Shown here: positions 47,128 through 55,984 of the stretch, piece after piece
How the letters are laid out: the number at the start of each line of letters is the position of its first letter
Position numbering within the stretch: the first letter of the stretch is position 1
NCBI GenBank assembly: GCA_964635015.1
Contig: CAZWMS010000002.1
Span: forward strand, 647-64,646
Direction: 5' to 3'
Source: an uncultured Gammaproteobacteria bacterium
GTDB lineage: Bacteria > Pseudomonadota > Gammaproteobacteria > Magnimaribacterales > Magnimaribacteraceae
Length of the DNA stretch: 64,000 bases
Notes under the pieces: model-generated
What the model was told of the DNA's origin: nothing
Seen by the model: the letters and a program-made list of their open reading frames with translations, nothing else
The model's database searches: none
Translations under genes and position numbers: made by a program

Positions 47128-48447
47128 ATGGATTTTTCTATAAGTCCTGGAAATCCTTTAAGAGGAGAAATATCTTTGCCTGGAGATAAATCAATTTCTC
47201 ACAGGGCTTTAATGTGTGCTTCATTGGCTAATGGCACTTCAAATATAAAAGGTTTTTTAAATGGAGAAGATTGTTTAACCACCTTGGATATTTTTTCTAA
47301 AATGGGTGTTAAGATAAAACGCAATGAAGAGGAATTAGAAATTGATGGGGTGGGTTTATTTGGATTGTCTAGTCCAAATAAGGAATTAGATTTCAGAAAT
47401 TCAGGGACTGCAATAAGATTGGTTGCTGGTATTATGGTAGGACAAAAATTCCCCTCAAGATTAGTAGGTGATAGTTCACTTTCTTTAAGACCAATGGAAA
47501 GAATAGTTCAACCTCTTCTTGAAATGGGAGCAAATATGAGTTGCAAAAAAGATGGAACTCCTCCTATTGTTGTACATCCTGTAAATAATAAGTTGTCTTC
47601 ATTTGCTTACGAATTACCTATCCCAAGCGCTCAGGTTAAATCTTGCCTTATGTTTGCATCTCTTTATTCAGAAGGACCTGTTGTAATCAAAGAAAAGATA
47701 CAAACAAGAGATCATACAGAAAAGATGTTTGAAAGTTTTAAAGTACCTATATCTATTTCTAAAACCCCATACTTAAAAGAAATAACAATAAGAAGCAATT
47801 ACGAGTTGAAAGCTAGAGATATAGAAATAGGTGGTGATTTTTCTTCGGCCTCTTTTTTTATTGTGGCCACACTAATTAATAATGATTCACATTTAATAAT
47901 TAGAAATGTTGGAGTAAATGAAACTAGGACAGGTCTTTTGACTGTACTAAAGGAAATGGGTGCAGACATTAAACTTTCTAACTTTAGCAATACAGAGGAA
48001 CCAACTGCAGATATAGAAGTAAAGAGCTCTAAACTTCATGCCATAGAAGTAGATCCAGACTTAATACCGAACTTGATAGACGAATTACCAATATTTTTTA
48101 TTGCTGCGGCTTCAGCAGAAGGAATTACTTCCATAAAAGGAGCCGAAGAATTAAGATTAAAAGAGAGCGATAGACTTTTTGCTATGTCAAAATCTTTGGA
48201 GGCTTTGGAAGTGAAATATGAGTTATTCCAGGATGGAATTAACATTCATGGAAAAGGCTCAAAGGCACTCTTTAACAATTCAGACATTAATTCTTTTGGA
48301 GATCATAGAATAGCTATGGCTTCAGCTATAGCATGTACCAAGTCCAAGGGAATATCTAGAATTATGAACTGCGACAATGTTAATACCTCTTTTCCCAATT
48401 TTGTAGATACATGTTGCAAAGTTGGCCTGAAGGTGTTGGTTAGATAA
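47128..48447 (+). CDS. aroA: 3-phosphoshikimate 1-carboxyvinyltransferase (EPSP synthase), class II type
   Basis: Motifs GDKSISHR, NSGTAIRL, SAQVKS, RDHTE and NETR are present. Confidence 0.94.
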   Translation: MDFSISPGNPLRGEISLPGDKSISHRALMCASLANGTSNIKGFLNGEDCLTTLDIFSKMGVKIKRNEEELEIDGVGLFGLSSPNKELDFRNSGTAIRLVAGIMVGQKFPSRLVGDSSLSLRPMERIVQPLLEMGANMSCKKDGTPPIVVHPVNNKLSSFAYELPIPSAQVKSCLMFASLYSEGPVVIKEKIQTRDHTEKMFESFKVPISISKTPYLKEITIRSNYELKARDIEIGGDFSSASFFIVATLINNDSHLIIRNVGVNETRTGLLTVLKEMGADIKLSNFSNTEEPTADIEVKSSKLHAIEVDPDLIPNLIDELPIFFIAAASAEGITSIKGAEELRLKESDRLFAMSKSLEALEVKYELFQDGINIHGKGSKALFNNSDINSFGDHRIAMASAIACTKSKGISRIMNCDNVNTSFPNFVDTCCKVGLKVLVR

Positions 48448-48453
48448 AAGGTA

Positions 48454-49143
48454 ATGAGTAAGATACCAATAATAACAATCGATGGTCCAAGTGGGGTAGG
48501 TAAGGGTACCATTTCCCAAATGCTTTCTTTAGAACTTAATTGGAACATACTAGATAGTGGCGCTCTTTACAGAACTCTCACCTATCTTATGAAACTCAAA
48601 ACCTTTCAATTAAAAGAATTTAAAAAAAATCGTGAAAAAATACTTAAGGAATTTAAAGTTTCTTTTGAAGCAACTACAGCAGGAGAGCCAGTTAATATAT
48701 TCTTAAATCACGAGAATATAACAGAAAGAATTAGAACTGAAGAAATTGCAAGGGAAACCTCAGAATTAGCTTCATCTAAAGAAATAAGAGATTTTATTAG
48801 ACCAATCCAAAGAGAATTTAAGCGCCTTCCAGGACTTATAGCTGATGGAAGAGATATGGGAACAGTTATATTTCCTGAGGCAGACTTAAAATTCTTTTTG
48901 ACAGCAAATGCTGAAGAAAGGGCAAAAAGAAGACAACTACAGTTGAAAAGGGATCATCTCGAGGTTAACATGCGCGTCCTTTTGAAGGAATTAGAAGAAA
49001 GGGATAAGAAAGATAAAGAAAGAGAACACTCACCATTAATTCCAGCAGATGATAGCATATTGATTGATACAAGTTACTTAGATCAACATCAGGTGTTAGA
49101 AGAAGTTAAAAAAGAGTTTCTTAATGTTTTAAAAATAATATAA
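48454..49143 (+). CDS. cmk: Cytidylate kinase
   Basis: The P-loop ITIDGPSGVGKGT is present. It lies between aroA and rpsA. Confidence 0.93.
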   Translation: MSKIPIITIDGPSGVGKGTISQMLSLELNWNILDSGALYRTLTYLMKLKTFQLKEFKKNREKILKEFKVSFEATTAGEPVNIFLNHENITERIRTEEIARETSELASSKEIRDFIRPIQREFKRLPGLIADGRDMGTVIFPEADLKFFLTANAEERAKRRQLQLKRDHLEVNMRVLLKELEERDKKDKEREHSPLIPADDSILIDTSYLDQHQVLEEVKKEFLNVLKII

Positions 49144-49145
49144 AT

Positions 49146-50837
49146 ATGTCGTTAAGTTTCGAAGAGCTATTAGAAGAAAATCTCAAGACTGTTGAAATGA
49201 ATCCAGGGAGCTTGATAACCGGGATAGTTATGGAAATTTTAGAGAATCATGTTGTAGTACATGTAGGTCTTAAATCAGAAGCAACAGTTCCTATTAATGA
49301 ATTTTTTAACGAATCAGGTAAATTAGAGTTGGCGGTCTACGATGAAGTGCAACTCGTGTTAGAGGCTGTAGAGGACGGTCATGGCAATACTAGAGTATCA
49401 AGAGAGAAAGCCATTAAAAAAGAGGTTTGGAAAAGAATAGAAGAATGCTTAGCTTCGGAAGTAACTTTGAAAGGCTTAATTACTGGGAAGGTAAAAGGTG
49501 GAATGACAGTAGACATACAAGGTATTAAGGCTTTTCTGCCTGGTTCTTTAGCTGAAAGTGTCCCTACAAAAGATCTAGATCATCTAGAAGGAAAATATGA
49601 AGAATTTAAGGTTATAAAGTTAGACAAGGACAAAAACAATGTTGTTCTTTCGAGAAAGGCTGTTTTAGAAGAAGTAAATTCAGAAGAAAGAGAGAAACTT
49701 CTTGCAGGAATTTATGAAGGAATGAAAACCAAAGGTGTAGTGAAGAACCTTACAGACTATGGAGCTTTTGTAGATTTAGGGGGACTTGATGGCTTACTTC
49801 ATATAACAGATATTTCTTGGAGCAGAATTAATCATCCCTCAGAGGCTATTAATATTGGTGATGAGATAGAAGTTCAAGTCATCAAGTATGATGAAGAGGA
49901 AAAGAGAGTCTCTTTAGGTATTAAGCAACTAGTCGAAGACCCCTGGGAAGGGATAGAAAATAAATTTCCTATCAATAGTTCAGTTATGGGTAAAGTTACA
50001 AATCTTACAGACTATGGTTTTTTTGTAGAGATTGACAATGGCGTAGAAGGCTTGGTGCATGTCTCTGAAATTGATTGGACAAATAAGAATATTCATCCAG
50101 CTAAGGTAGTAGAATTTGGAGATTCTCTTGAAGTGATGATTCTAGAAGTGGATGAACAGAAAAGAAGAATTTCTCTTGGTCTTAAACAGTTATCAGAAAA
50201 TCCTTGGCAAGTTTTTGGTCTTAATCACAGCCCAGGAGATAAAATTAAAGGGGTTATAAAATCTATTACAGACTTTGGAGTTTTCATAGAACTTGAAGGA
50301 GGAATAGATGGGCTTGTTCATTCATCTGATATTTCTTGGGAAGAAAATGAAGAGCAGCTTAGAGCTTTGAACAAAAATGAGGAGATAGAAGCTGTAATTT
50401 TATCTATTGATATTGCAAGAGAGCGTATTTCTTTAGGCATGAAACAGTTAAAGAGCGATCTATTTAATGACTATGTAACAAAAAACAAAAAAGGTTCAAA
50501 GGTTAATGGTAAGGTAGAAGAATTTGATGAGAAGAAGATTATTTTATCTCTTTCTGAGAATATTAATGGTACTTTAGCTCTAAAGGATTTTGCAAACTCT
50601 AAAGTAGATGCTAATCTGGAAAAGGGTTTGGAATTAGAAGTAATTATTGCAAATATAAATACAAAAGACAGGGAAATAACTTTATCTCTTCGTGCCTTGG
50701 AGAAACAAGAAGAAAGAAGTGCTTTAGAAGAGAACGTTTTAAGAAATAAGGAAATAGAAGAAGAATCAAAATCAAACCTAGGTGATATGATTAAGGCTGA
50801 GATAGAGGATAAGGACAGCACTAAAGGTAATGAATAG
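49146..50837 (+). CDS. rpsA: 30S ribosomal protein S1
   Basis: It has six S1 repeats, each with a (Y/F)G(A/F/V)F(V/I) core, e.g. DYGAFVDLGG and DYGFFVEIDNG. Length is 563 aa. Confidence 0.96.
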   Translation: MSLSFEELLEENLKTVEMNPGSLITGIVMEILENHVVVHVGLKSEATVPINEFFNESGKLELAVYDEVQLVLEAVEDGHGNTRVSREKAIKKEVWKRIEECLASEVTLKGLITGKVKGGMTVDIQGIKAFLPGSLAESVPTKDLDHLEGKYEEFKVIKLDKDKNNVVLSRKAVLEEVNSEEREKLLAGIYEGMKTKGVVKNLTDYGAFVDLGGLDGLLHITDISWSRINHPSEAINIGDEIEVQVIKYDEEEKRVSLGIKQLVEDPWEGIENKFPINSSVMGKVTNLTDYGFFVEIDNGVEGLVHVSEIDWTNKNIHPAKVVEFGDSLEVMILEVDEQKRRISLGLKQLSENPWQVFGLNHSPGDKIKGVIKSITDFGVFIELEGGIDGLVHSSDISWEENEEQLRALNKNEEIEAVILSIDIARERISLGMKQLKSDLFNDYVTKNKKGSKVNGKVEEFDEKKIILSLSENINGTLALKDFANSKVDANLEKGLELEVIIANINTKDREITLSLRALEKQEERSALEENVLRNKEIEEESKSNLGDMIKAEIEDKDSTKGNE

Positions 50838-51108
50838 ATCTGATTTAATTAAAAAGATCAACATTAAGAATTCTCATTTAACAAAACAAGATGTTAAAGA
50901 GGGTATTGACAAAATTTTAGAATGCTTAAGTGAATCATTGGCTAGAGGCAAAAGAGTAGAAGTAAGAAATTTTGGTACTTTTTCTGTAAGATCAAGAAAA
51001 GCACGTGTTGGCAGAAATCCTAAAACTGGTAAGGCAGTAAATGTGAGAAGAAAATTTCATCCCTATTTCAGATCTTCAAAAGGCTTAAAAGCAAATCTAA
51101 ACAGCTAA
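50830..51108 (+). CDS. ihfB: Integration host factor beta subunit
   Basis: It has the HU/IHF fold, with N-terminus MNRSDLIKKI and arm motif GRNPKTGKAV. It overlaps the rpsA end by 8 nt. Confidence 0.92.
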   Translation: MNRSDLIKKINIKNSHLTKQDVKEGIDKILECLSESLARGKRVEVRNFGTFSVRSRKARVGRNPKTGKAVNVRRKFHPYFRSSKGLKANLNS

Positions 51109-51183
51109 AGATGTTTCATTCCTCTTTTAGTTCTTGTTTTTATCGGCAACTAGATTTTGTTTTATGCTCTTCATTTAATAGTT

Positions 51184-51402
51184 ATGCGCATTATTAATCT
51201 TATTTTAGTCTTAATATTATTATTGATAATTTTCTCATCTTACTTACTTACTTCCCTTAATAAAACCCTTGTAAGTCTTGATCTTCTTTTCCTTATTTTA
51301 GACATTAAATTAGGCGCTGCTTTGCTATTTTCCATTTTATTGGGCGGCGTAATTGCTCTAGTTCTTGAATTGCTTTATTTATCTGGGAGAAGAAAACACT
51401 AA
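51184..51402 (+). CDS. lapA: LapA-like (DUF1049) inner-membrane protein
   Basis: It has two TM helices and is about 72 aa from the ATG at 51184. Its position between ihfB and pyrF matches lapA/yciS. The track's TTG start at 51157 is less likely. Confidence 0.55.
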   Translation: MRIINLILVLILLLIIFSSYLLTSLNKTLVSLDLLFLILDIKLGAALLFSILLGGVIALVLELLYLSGRRKH

Positions 51403-51408
51403 AAACTT

Positions 51409-52107
51409 ATGAAAAGTCAAATTATAGTAGCTTTAGATATGAATTTTTCAGACGCCTTTGTCACAGCTAATAAGTTAGACCCTAGTAATTGTAAACTTAA
51501 GATTGGAAGTCAGCTTTTTTCTTCTGAAGGCCCTAAAGTTATAGAAGAATTTACTAAACTGGGATTTGAGATATTTCTTGATTTAAAATTTCATGATATT
51601 CCCCATACTGTAAATAGATCCATCAAGGAACTTAAAGACTTTAAAATTTGGATGATAAATGTCCATGCTTCTGGCGGGGCTGAAATGTTATCTTCTGCAG
51701 TAGAAGCTATATCAGAATTTCAATCTAGACCTATCCTTTTGGGAGTTACAGTTCTTACAAGTTTAAATGATCTTTTATTAAAAGAAATTGGAATTAAGTT
51801 TGATGTAATTTCTCAAGTCTTAAATTTAGCACAACTCTCTAAAACCAATGGTTTAGACGGAGTTGTGTGTTCACCGAATGAATTAACCCTCTTAAGGAGA
51901 AAGCTAGGGGATGATTTTGTTTTAGTTACACCAGGAGTTCGTTCTAATAAAGGAGCTAAATTAGATGATCAGAAGAGAACAGCTACCTCAAAAGAGGCTT
52001 CAGAGAGAGGAGCTGATTTTTTAGTAATTGGCAGGGAAATAACAAAAAATAAAAATCCAACGGATGCTTTGGATGCTATATTGAAAGAAATGGAATATAT
52101 TCATTAA
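51409..52107 (+). CDS. pyrF: Orotidine 5'-phosphate decarboxylase
   Basis: Motifs IVALD, LDLKFHDIPHTV and VLTS are present. Length is 232 aa. Confidence 0.94.
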   Translation: MKSQIIVALDMNFSDAFVTANKLDPSNCKLKIGSQLFSSEGPKVIEEFTKLGFEIFLDLKFHDIPHTVNRSIKELKDFKIWMINVHASGGAEMLSSAVEAISEFQSRPILLGVTVLTSLNDLLLKEIGIKFDVISQVLNLAQLSKTNGLDGVVCSPNELTLLRRKLGDDFVLVTPGVRSNKGAKLDDQKRTATSKEASERGADFLVIGREITKNKNPTDALDAILKEMEYIH

Positions 52108-52149
52108 TATGAGAGAATTGGATTAAATATTTTTTTACAGGAGCAATAA

Positions 52150-52470
52150 ATGGATACTCAATCTGGATGGAAAGTTGTTAAAGAAGATGAGCGTTATGTT
52201 GTTACAGATAATGATTCTTTAAAGAAACTTATTACAAGTATTACTATTCTTAACTCCAAACACAGCACTACTGGGCATAGTCATTCAAACCAAGAAGAAG
52301 TTTATATTTTTAGATCAGGTGAGGGAGAGATGGAAATAAATGAGAGAAGATTTAAAGTTAATGAAGGAGACATAGTATTTATCCAGGATGGAGATTTTCA
52401 TAGAGTTCATAATACTTCTCAAGAACCCCTTGAATTTATATGTATTTTTGATGGAGTAAGGTCTCATTAG
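52150..52470 (+). CDS. Small cupin-domain protein
   Basis: The cupin motifs are GHSHSNQEEVYIFRSGEG and GDFHRVHN. Length is 106 aa and the RBS is CAGGAG. Confidence 0.7.
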   Translation: MDTQSGWKVVKEDERYVVTDNDSLKKLITSITILNSKHSTTGHSHSNQEEVYIFRSGEGEMEINERRFKVNEGDIVFIQDGDFHRVHNTSQEPLEFICIFDGVRSH

Positions 52471-52550
52471 TTAAACGATTTCCTATTTGAAATTTTACTT
52501 ATAATTTTTTTATACTTTACTAAGCATGTTTCAAACTAGAATTAGACTTC

Positions 52551-54362
52551 ATGAACAAAAAGTTTGTACTAGGAGATAATCTATTTGAAAAGCTAAAAGA
52601 TTTGCCAATAAAACCCGGTGTCTATAGGTTTTTAGATACAAATAAGACAATCTTATACATAGGAAAGGCAAAAAATCTAAGAGCTAGAATTAAGAGTTAT
52701 TTTCAAGCAAATAATAAAAAGACAAAAAAGCTTAACATGCTTTTAAAAGAGTCTTATTCGTTAGACTTAACTTTAACTAATTCTGAATTAGAGGCATTAT
52801 TGCTTGAACAACATTTAATAAAACAGTTAAAACCCAAATTTAACGTTCAGTTTAAGGACGACAAGGGATACCCTTGGATCAAGCTGGATACTAGAAATGA
52901 GTTCCCTTCTGTAAGGTCTCATTTAGGAACTAAAAACAAAATTGATGCATATTTTGGTCCATTTCCTAGCTCATATGCCATAAAACAAACCTTAGTTTTA
53001 ATACAAAAAATTTTTAAAATAAGGAATTGTTCAGAAAATTTCTTTAAAAATAGATCTAGACCTTGTCTCCAGTTTGAAATAGGAAGATGTTCTGCCCCTT
53101 GTGTGGGGGCTATTAAAAAAAGCGATTATTTAAAAGAGGTAAGGCTAGCAGAAAAGCTTTTAAGAGGGCAAGGGAATAATCTAGAAAGGGAACTTTATGA
53201 CTTGATGGATGAAAACTCTGTAAAAAAGAATTATGAAAGGGCAGCAGATTATAGAGATAAATTATCGGCTCTAAGAGAGATCCAAAGAAACCAGAGTATA
53301 TCGGGATTTAATGAAGATAGAGATGCTATTACTTTATATTCCAATGAAAAGGGAACTTTTGTTGGGGTTACCCAAGTAAGAGGTGGGTGGATATTGAATC
53401 ATAAGAATTTTACCTTAAATGAAACTGGAATTACCCAGGAAGTATTAGAATCATTTTTATTTCAATATTATTTTCTAAGAAAAGAAATTCCCCCCAAACT
53501 TATAATAGGAAAAAAAATACAAGGTAAAGTATTAATTGAGGGTGCTTTATCTAAGAATTTAAAAAAGAGAGTCAAAATTTTAACTAAATTAGGTAAGAAG
53601 GATAGAGGTCTGCTTTCTATTTCTAAATCTAATACACAGTTTGCAATAAAAAGAAGTTTTAAAGAAGATAAAGATCCATTTTCTGAATTTGCTGACCTAA
53701 AGAGAACTTTTAAATTAAGCAGAGATATCAAATTAATAGATTCTTTTGATATTAGCCATCAAGGAGGTAAAAATGCTGTTGGAGGCTGTGTAGTCTATGA
53801 TCAGAAAGGAAAAAATAAAAGTAAGTATAGGTTGTATAATATTCATAAAAAAAACGCTGGAAATGATATTGCTTCAATGATGGAAGTAGTTTTAAGGAGA
53901 TATTCTAATAAGAATAATACTAGACCAGATTTAATATTAATAGACGGGGGTTTTACACATCTTAAAGCTGTAGAAAAAACTTTATTTAATTTGGGGTATA
54001 AAGATTTTGAGATACTTTCTATTTCTAAGGGTGTAAGAAGGAAAGCAGAAATGGATCTTTTTCACAATAGAAATGGTAAGACTATAATTATAAATAGACA
54101 TTTACCAAGCCATCTCTTTTTACAAAGATTAAGGGATGAAAGTCATAGGCTAGTAATTTCTAATCAAAGAAAGAAACAAGTAAAGTCATCTTCAAAATCT
54201 TCTTTAGATAACATCTATGGTATCGGGAAGAAAAAGAAAAGATCCCTATTAAGATATTTTGGAAGCGTTTCTCAAATCTCTAAAGCTAGCTATGAAGATT
54301 TAGTTTCTGTTAAGGGTATTGGCAAATCTTATGCAGAACTTATTTATAAGAATTTTCATTAA
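52551..54362 (+). CDS. uvrC: Excinuclease ABC subunit C
   Basis: The GIY-YIG motif (GVYRFLD...ILYIGKAKNLRARIKSYF) is present, with a UVR domain and a C-terminal HhH (LVSVKGIGKSYAELI). Confidence 0.95.
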   Translation: MNKKFVLGDNLFEKLKDLPIKPGVYRFLDTNKTILYIGKAKNLRARIKSYFQANNKKTKKLNMLLKESYSLDLTLTNSELEALLLEQHLIKQLKPKFNVQFKDDKGYPWIKLDTRNEFPSVRSHLGTKNKIDAYFGPFPSSYAIKQTLVLIQKIFKIRNCSENFFKNRSRPCLQFEIGRCSAPCVGAIKKSDYLKEVRLAEKLLRGQGNNLERELYDLMDENSVKKNYERAADYRDKLSALREIQRNQSISGFNEDRDAITLYSNEKGTFVGVTQVRGGWILNHKNFTLNETGITQEVLESFLFQYYFLRKEIPPKLIIGKKIQGKVLIEGALSKNLKKRVKILTKLGKKDRGLLSISKSNTQFAIKRSFKEDKDPFSEFADLKRTFKLSRDIKLIDSFDISHQGGKNAVGGCVVYDQKGKNKSKYRLYNIHKKNAGNDIASMMEVVLRRYSNKNNTRPDLILIDGGFTHLKAVEKTLFNLGYKDFEILSISKGVRRKAEMDLFHNRNGKTIIINRHLPSHLFLQRLRDESHRLVISNQRKKQVKSSSKSSLDNIYGIGKKKKRSLLRYFGSVSQISKASYEDLVSVKGIGKSYAELIYKNFH

Positions 54363-54380
54363 CTTTATTTACTCAAAACC

Positions 54381-54929
54381 ATGACTACCGCATCATATAT
54401 ATCACTAACTAGAATATTCCTAATCATACCAATAATTTATTTTAGTTCCTTACAAATTACTGTGTTTAATATTTTTGCCTTAGTTCTCTTTATTATAGCT
54501 AGTTTATCCGATTATTTAGATGGTTATGTGGCTAGAAAAATGAATTCAGTAACTTATTTGGGTTCTCTACTTGATTTACTTGCCGACAAACTTTTAGTTT
54601 GCTTGGTATTAATTTGGCTTTCTTTTCTTAATAGCTCTTTTCCATTTATATTTGCTGTAATTTTAATTGTTTCTAGAGAAATAATAATTTCTTCCATACG
54701 CCAATTTATTTCAGAGAACTACGACTCAAAGCTATTGAAAGTTTCTTTATTGGGAAAGGTCAAGACAGTTTTGCAAATGTTCACTATTTCAGTAATTCTT
54801 ATTTCACCAGAGTGCCCTGTATTTCTTTCTCCTTTCTCTATAATTTTGTTATGGATATCAGCATTTGTTTCTTTTTATTCATTGATTAAATATGTACAAA
54901 ATTGGTCAAGACTTATAGACTCAAACTAG
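54381..54929 (+). CDS. pgsA: CDP-diacylglycerol--glycerol-3-phosphate 3-phosphatidyltransferase
   Basis: The CDP-alcohol phosphatidyltransferase motif DYLDGYVARK...GSLLDLLADK is present. The uvrC-pgsA order is conserved. Confidence 0.92.
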   Translation: MTTASYISLTRIFLIIPIIYFSSLQITVFNIFALVLFIIASLSDYLDGYVARKMNSVTYLGSLLDLLADKLLVCLVLIWLSFLNSSFPFIFAVILIVSREIIISSIRQFISENYDSKLLKVSLLGKVKTVLQMFTISVILISPECPVFLSPFSIILLWISAFVSFYSLIKYVQNWSRLIDSN

Positions 54930-55037
54930 ATCTAGCCCAGGTTAAGATTGCTAATATGGAGGCTGAGTGTATCATTGCGCCCAAAAAGACTTATAAATAA
55001 CCATAAGTTTGCCCGTTCTAAGTTTTGAGGATTATTA

Positions 55038-55949
55038 ATGTCAGAAAACCAAAATTTTAAAAATAAAGAATTAGACTTACCTGAAGAAATAAACTTTAAA
55101 TATCTATTCAATATAACCTGGAAAAATAGACTACCTGTGATTTTAATTTCTTTTTTTACCTTCATTGCTGTATTTTTCTATGCTTTAAGTCTTCCAACCA
55201 ACTTTATGGCAACTGGAAGTTATAGCTCTGATACTGGAAACAAAGGAACAACTATACAAAATCCTTTATCAGGCCTAGGGCTTGGGGGTTTCGCAATAGG
55301 AGGTGATGATAATAAAATTAAATTGGCTTTACGTACCCTTCGTTCTAAGAAGTTCCTAAAAGATTTTATAATTAAGAGAGACCTTGCTTCTAAACTAGCT
55401 TTAGAAATGACAAAAGAAGAAATCTCATCCTTAAGTCCTCAAGATCAAGAGCAGTTTCTGTTGAGTCTTGCGATAGGGTTAAATGATTCAATTGTAAAGA
55501 GCGTGAGCCGACTCAACGATTTCTTTACAGTATCAGTTATCCATTCATCCCCTATTATCTCTAAACAATTGTTAGATTGGCTTATTGAAGATATTAACAA
55601 GGCTATGATGGAGAAGGACGTTGAAGAAGCTAAGAAATCTATTGAATATCTCAAGTTACAAGCAAGCAAGACTTCTGTCGGCGAATTGAGAAAGTTGTTC
55701 TATTCTATGATAGAAAGTCATACAACAACTATCATGTTATCAGAAGTCAAAAAAGAATATATTATAAAAACTATAGATCCGCCTGTCTTGCCATTAAGTC
55801 CTTATGGTATTGATAAGATCAAAATACTAATATGGGGCGCAATAGGCTCATTATTATTAAGTATTATTTTTGTAAATTTTCTTTATTTCCTTGGATATGA
55901 ATTAAGATTTAAGAATCTGTATAGAAAAATAAAAGCGAAAATAGATTGA
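55038..55949 (+). CDS. wzz: Polysaccharide chain-length determinant (Wzz/PCP-1-like)
   Basis: The N-terminal Wzz pattern is present (ELDLPEEINFKYLFNITWKNRLPVILISFF...YA). A coiled periplasmic middle region and a C-terminal TM helix follow. Confidence 0.65.
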   Translation: MSENQNFKNKELDLPEEINFKYLFNITWKNRLPVILISFFTFIAVFFYALSLPTNFMATGSYSSDTGNKGTTIQNPLSGLGLGGFAIGGDDNKIKLALRTLRSKKFLKDFIIKRDLASKLALEMTKEEISSLSPQDQEQFLLSLAIGLNDSIVKSVSRLNDFFTVSVIHSSPIISKQLLDWLIEDINKAMMEKDVEEAKKSIEYLKLQASKTSVGELRKLFYSMIESHTTTIMLSEVKKEYIIKTIDPPVLPLSPYGIDKIKILIWGAIGSLLLSIIFVNFLYFLGYELRFKNLYRKIKAKID

Positions 55950-55984
55950 TACTAAGTTCTTCTTATACACCTTAAAATTTTCCT

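Noticed and set aside
54930-55037. tRNA genes were expected downstream of pgsA, as in the E. coli glyW-cysT-leuZ cluster.
   Set aside because: I read both strands of the 108-bp spacer. There is no acceptor/T-arm pairing and no GTTCRANNC T-loop flanked by complementary stems. The GTTCTAAG string at about 55012 has no matching stem.
54932-55165. A 77-aa minus-strand ORF covers the pgsA-wzz spacer and the wzz start.
   Set aside because: It overlaps the Wzz N-terminus, which has a clear family pattern, and it matches no recognisable domain. It is most likely non-coding.
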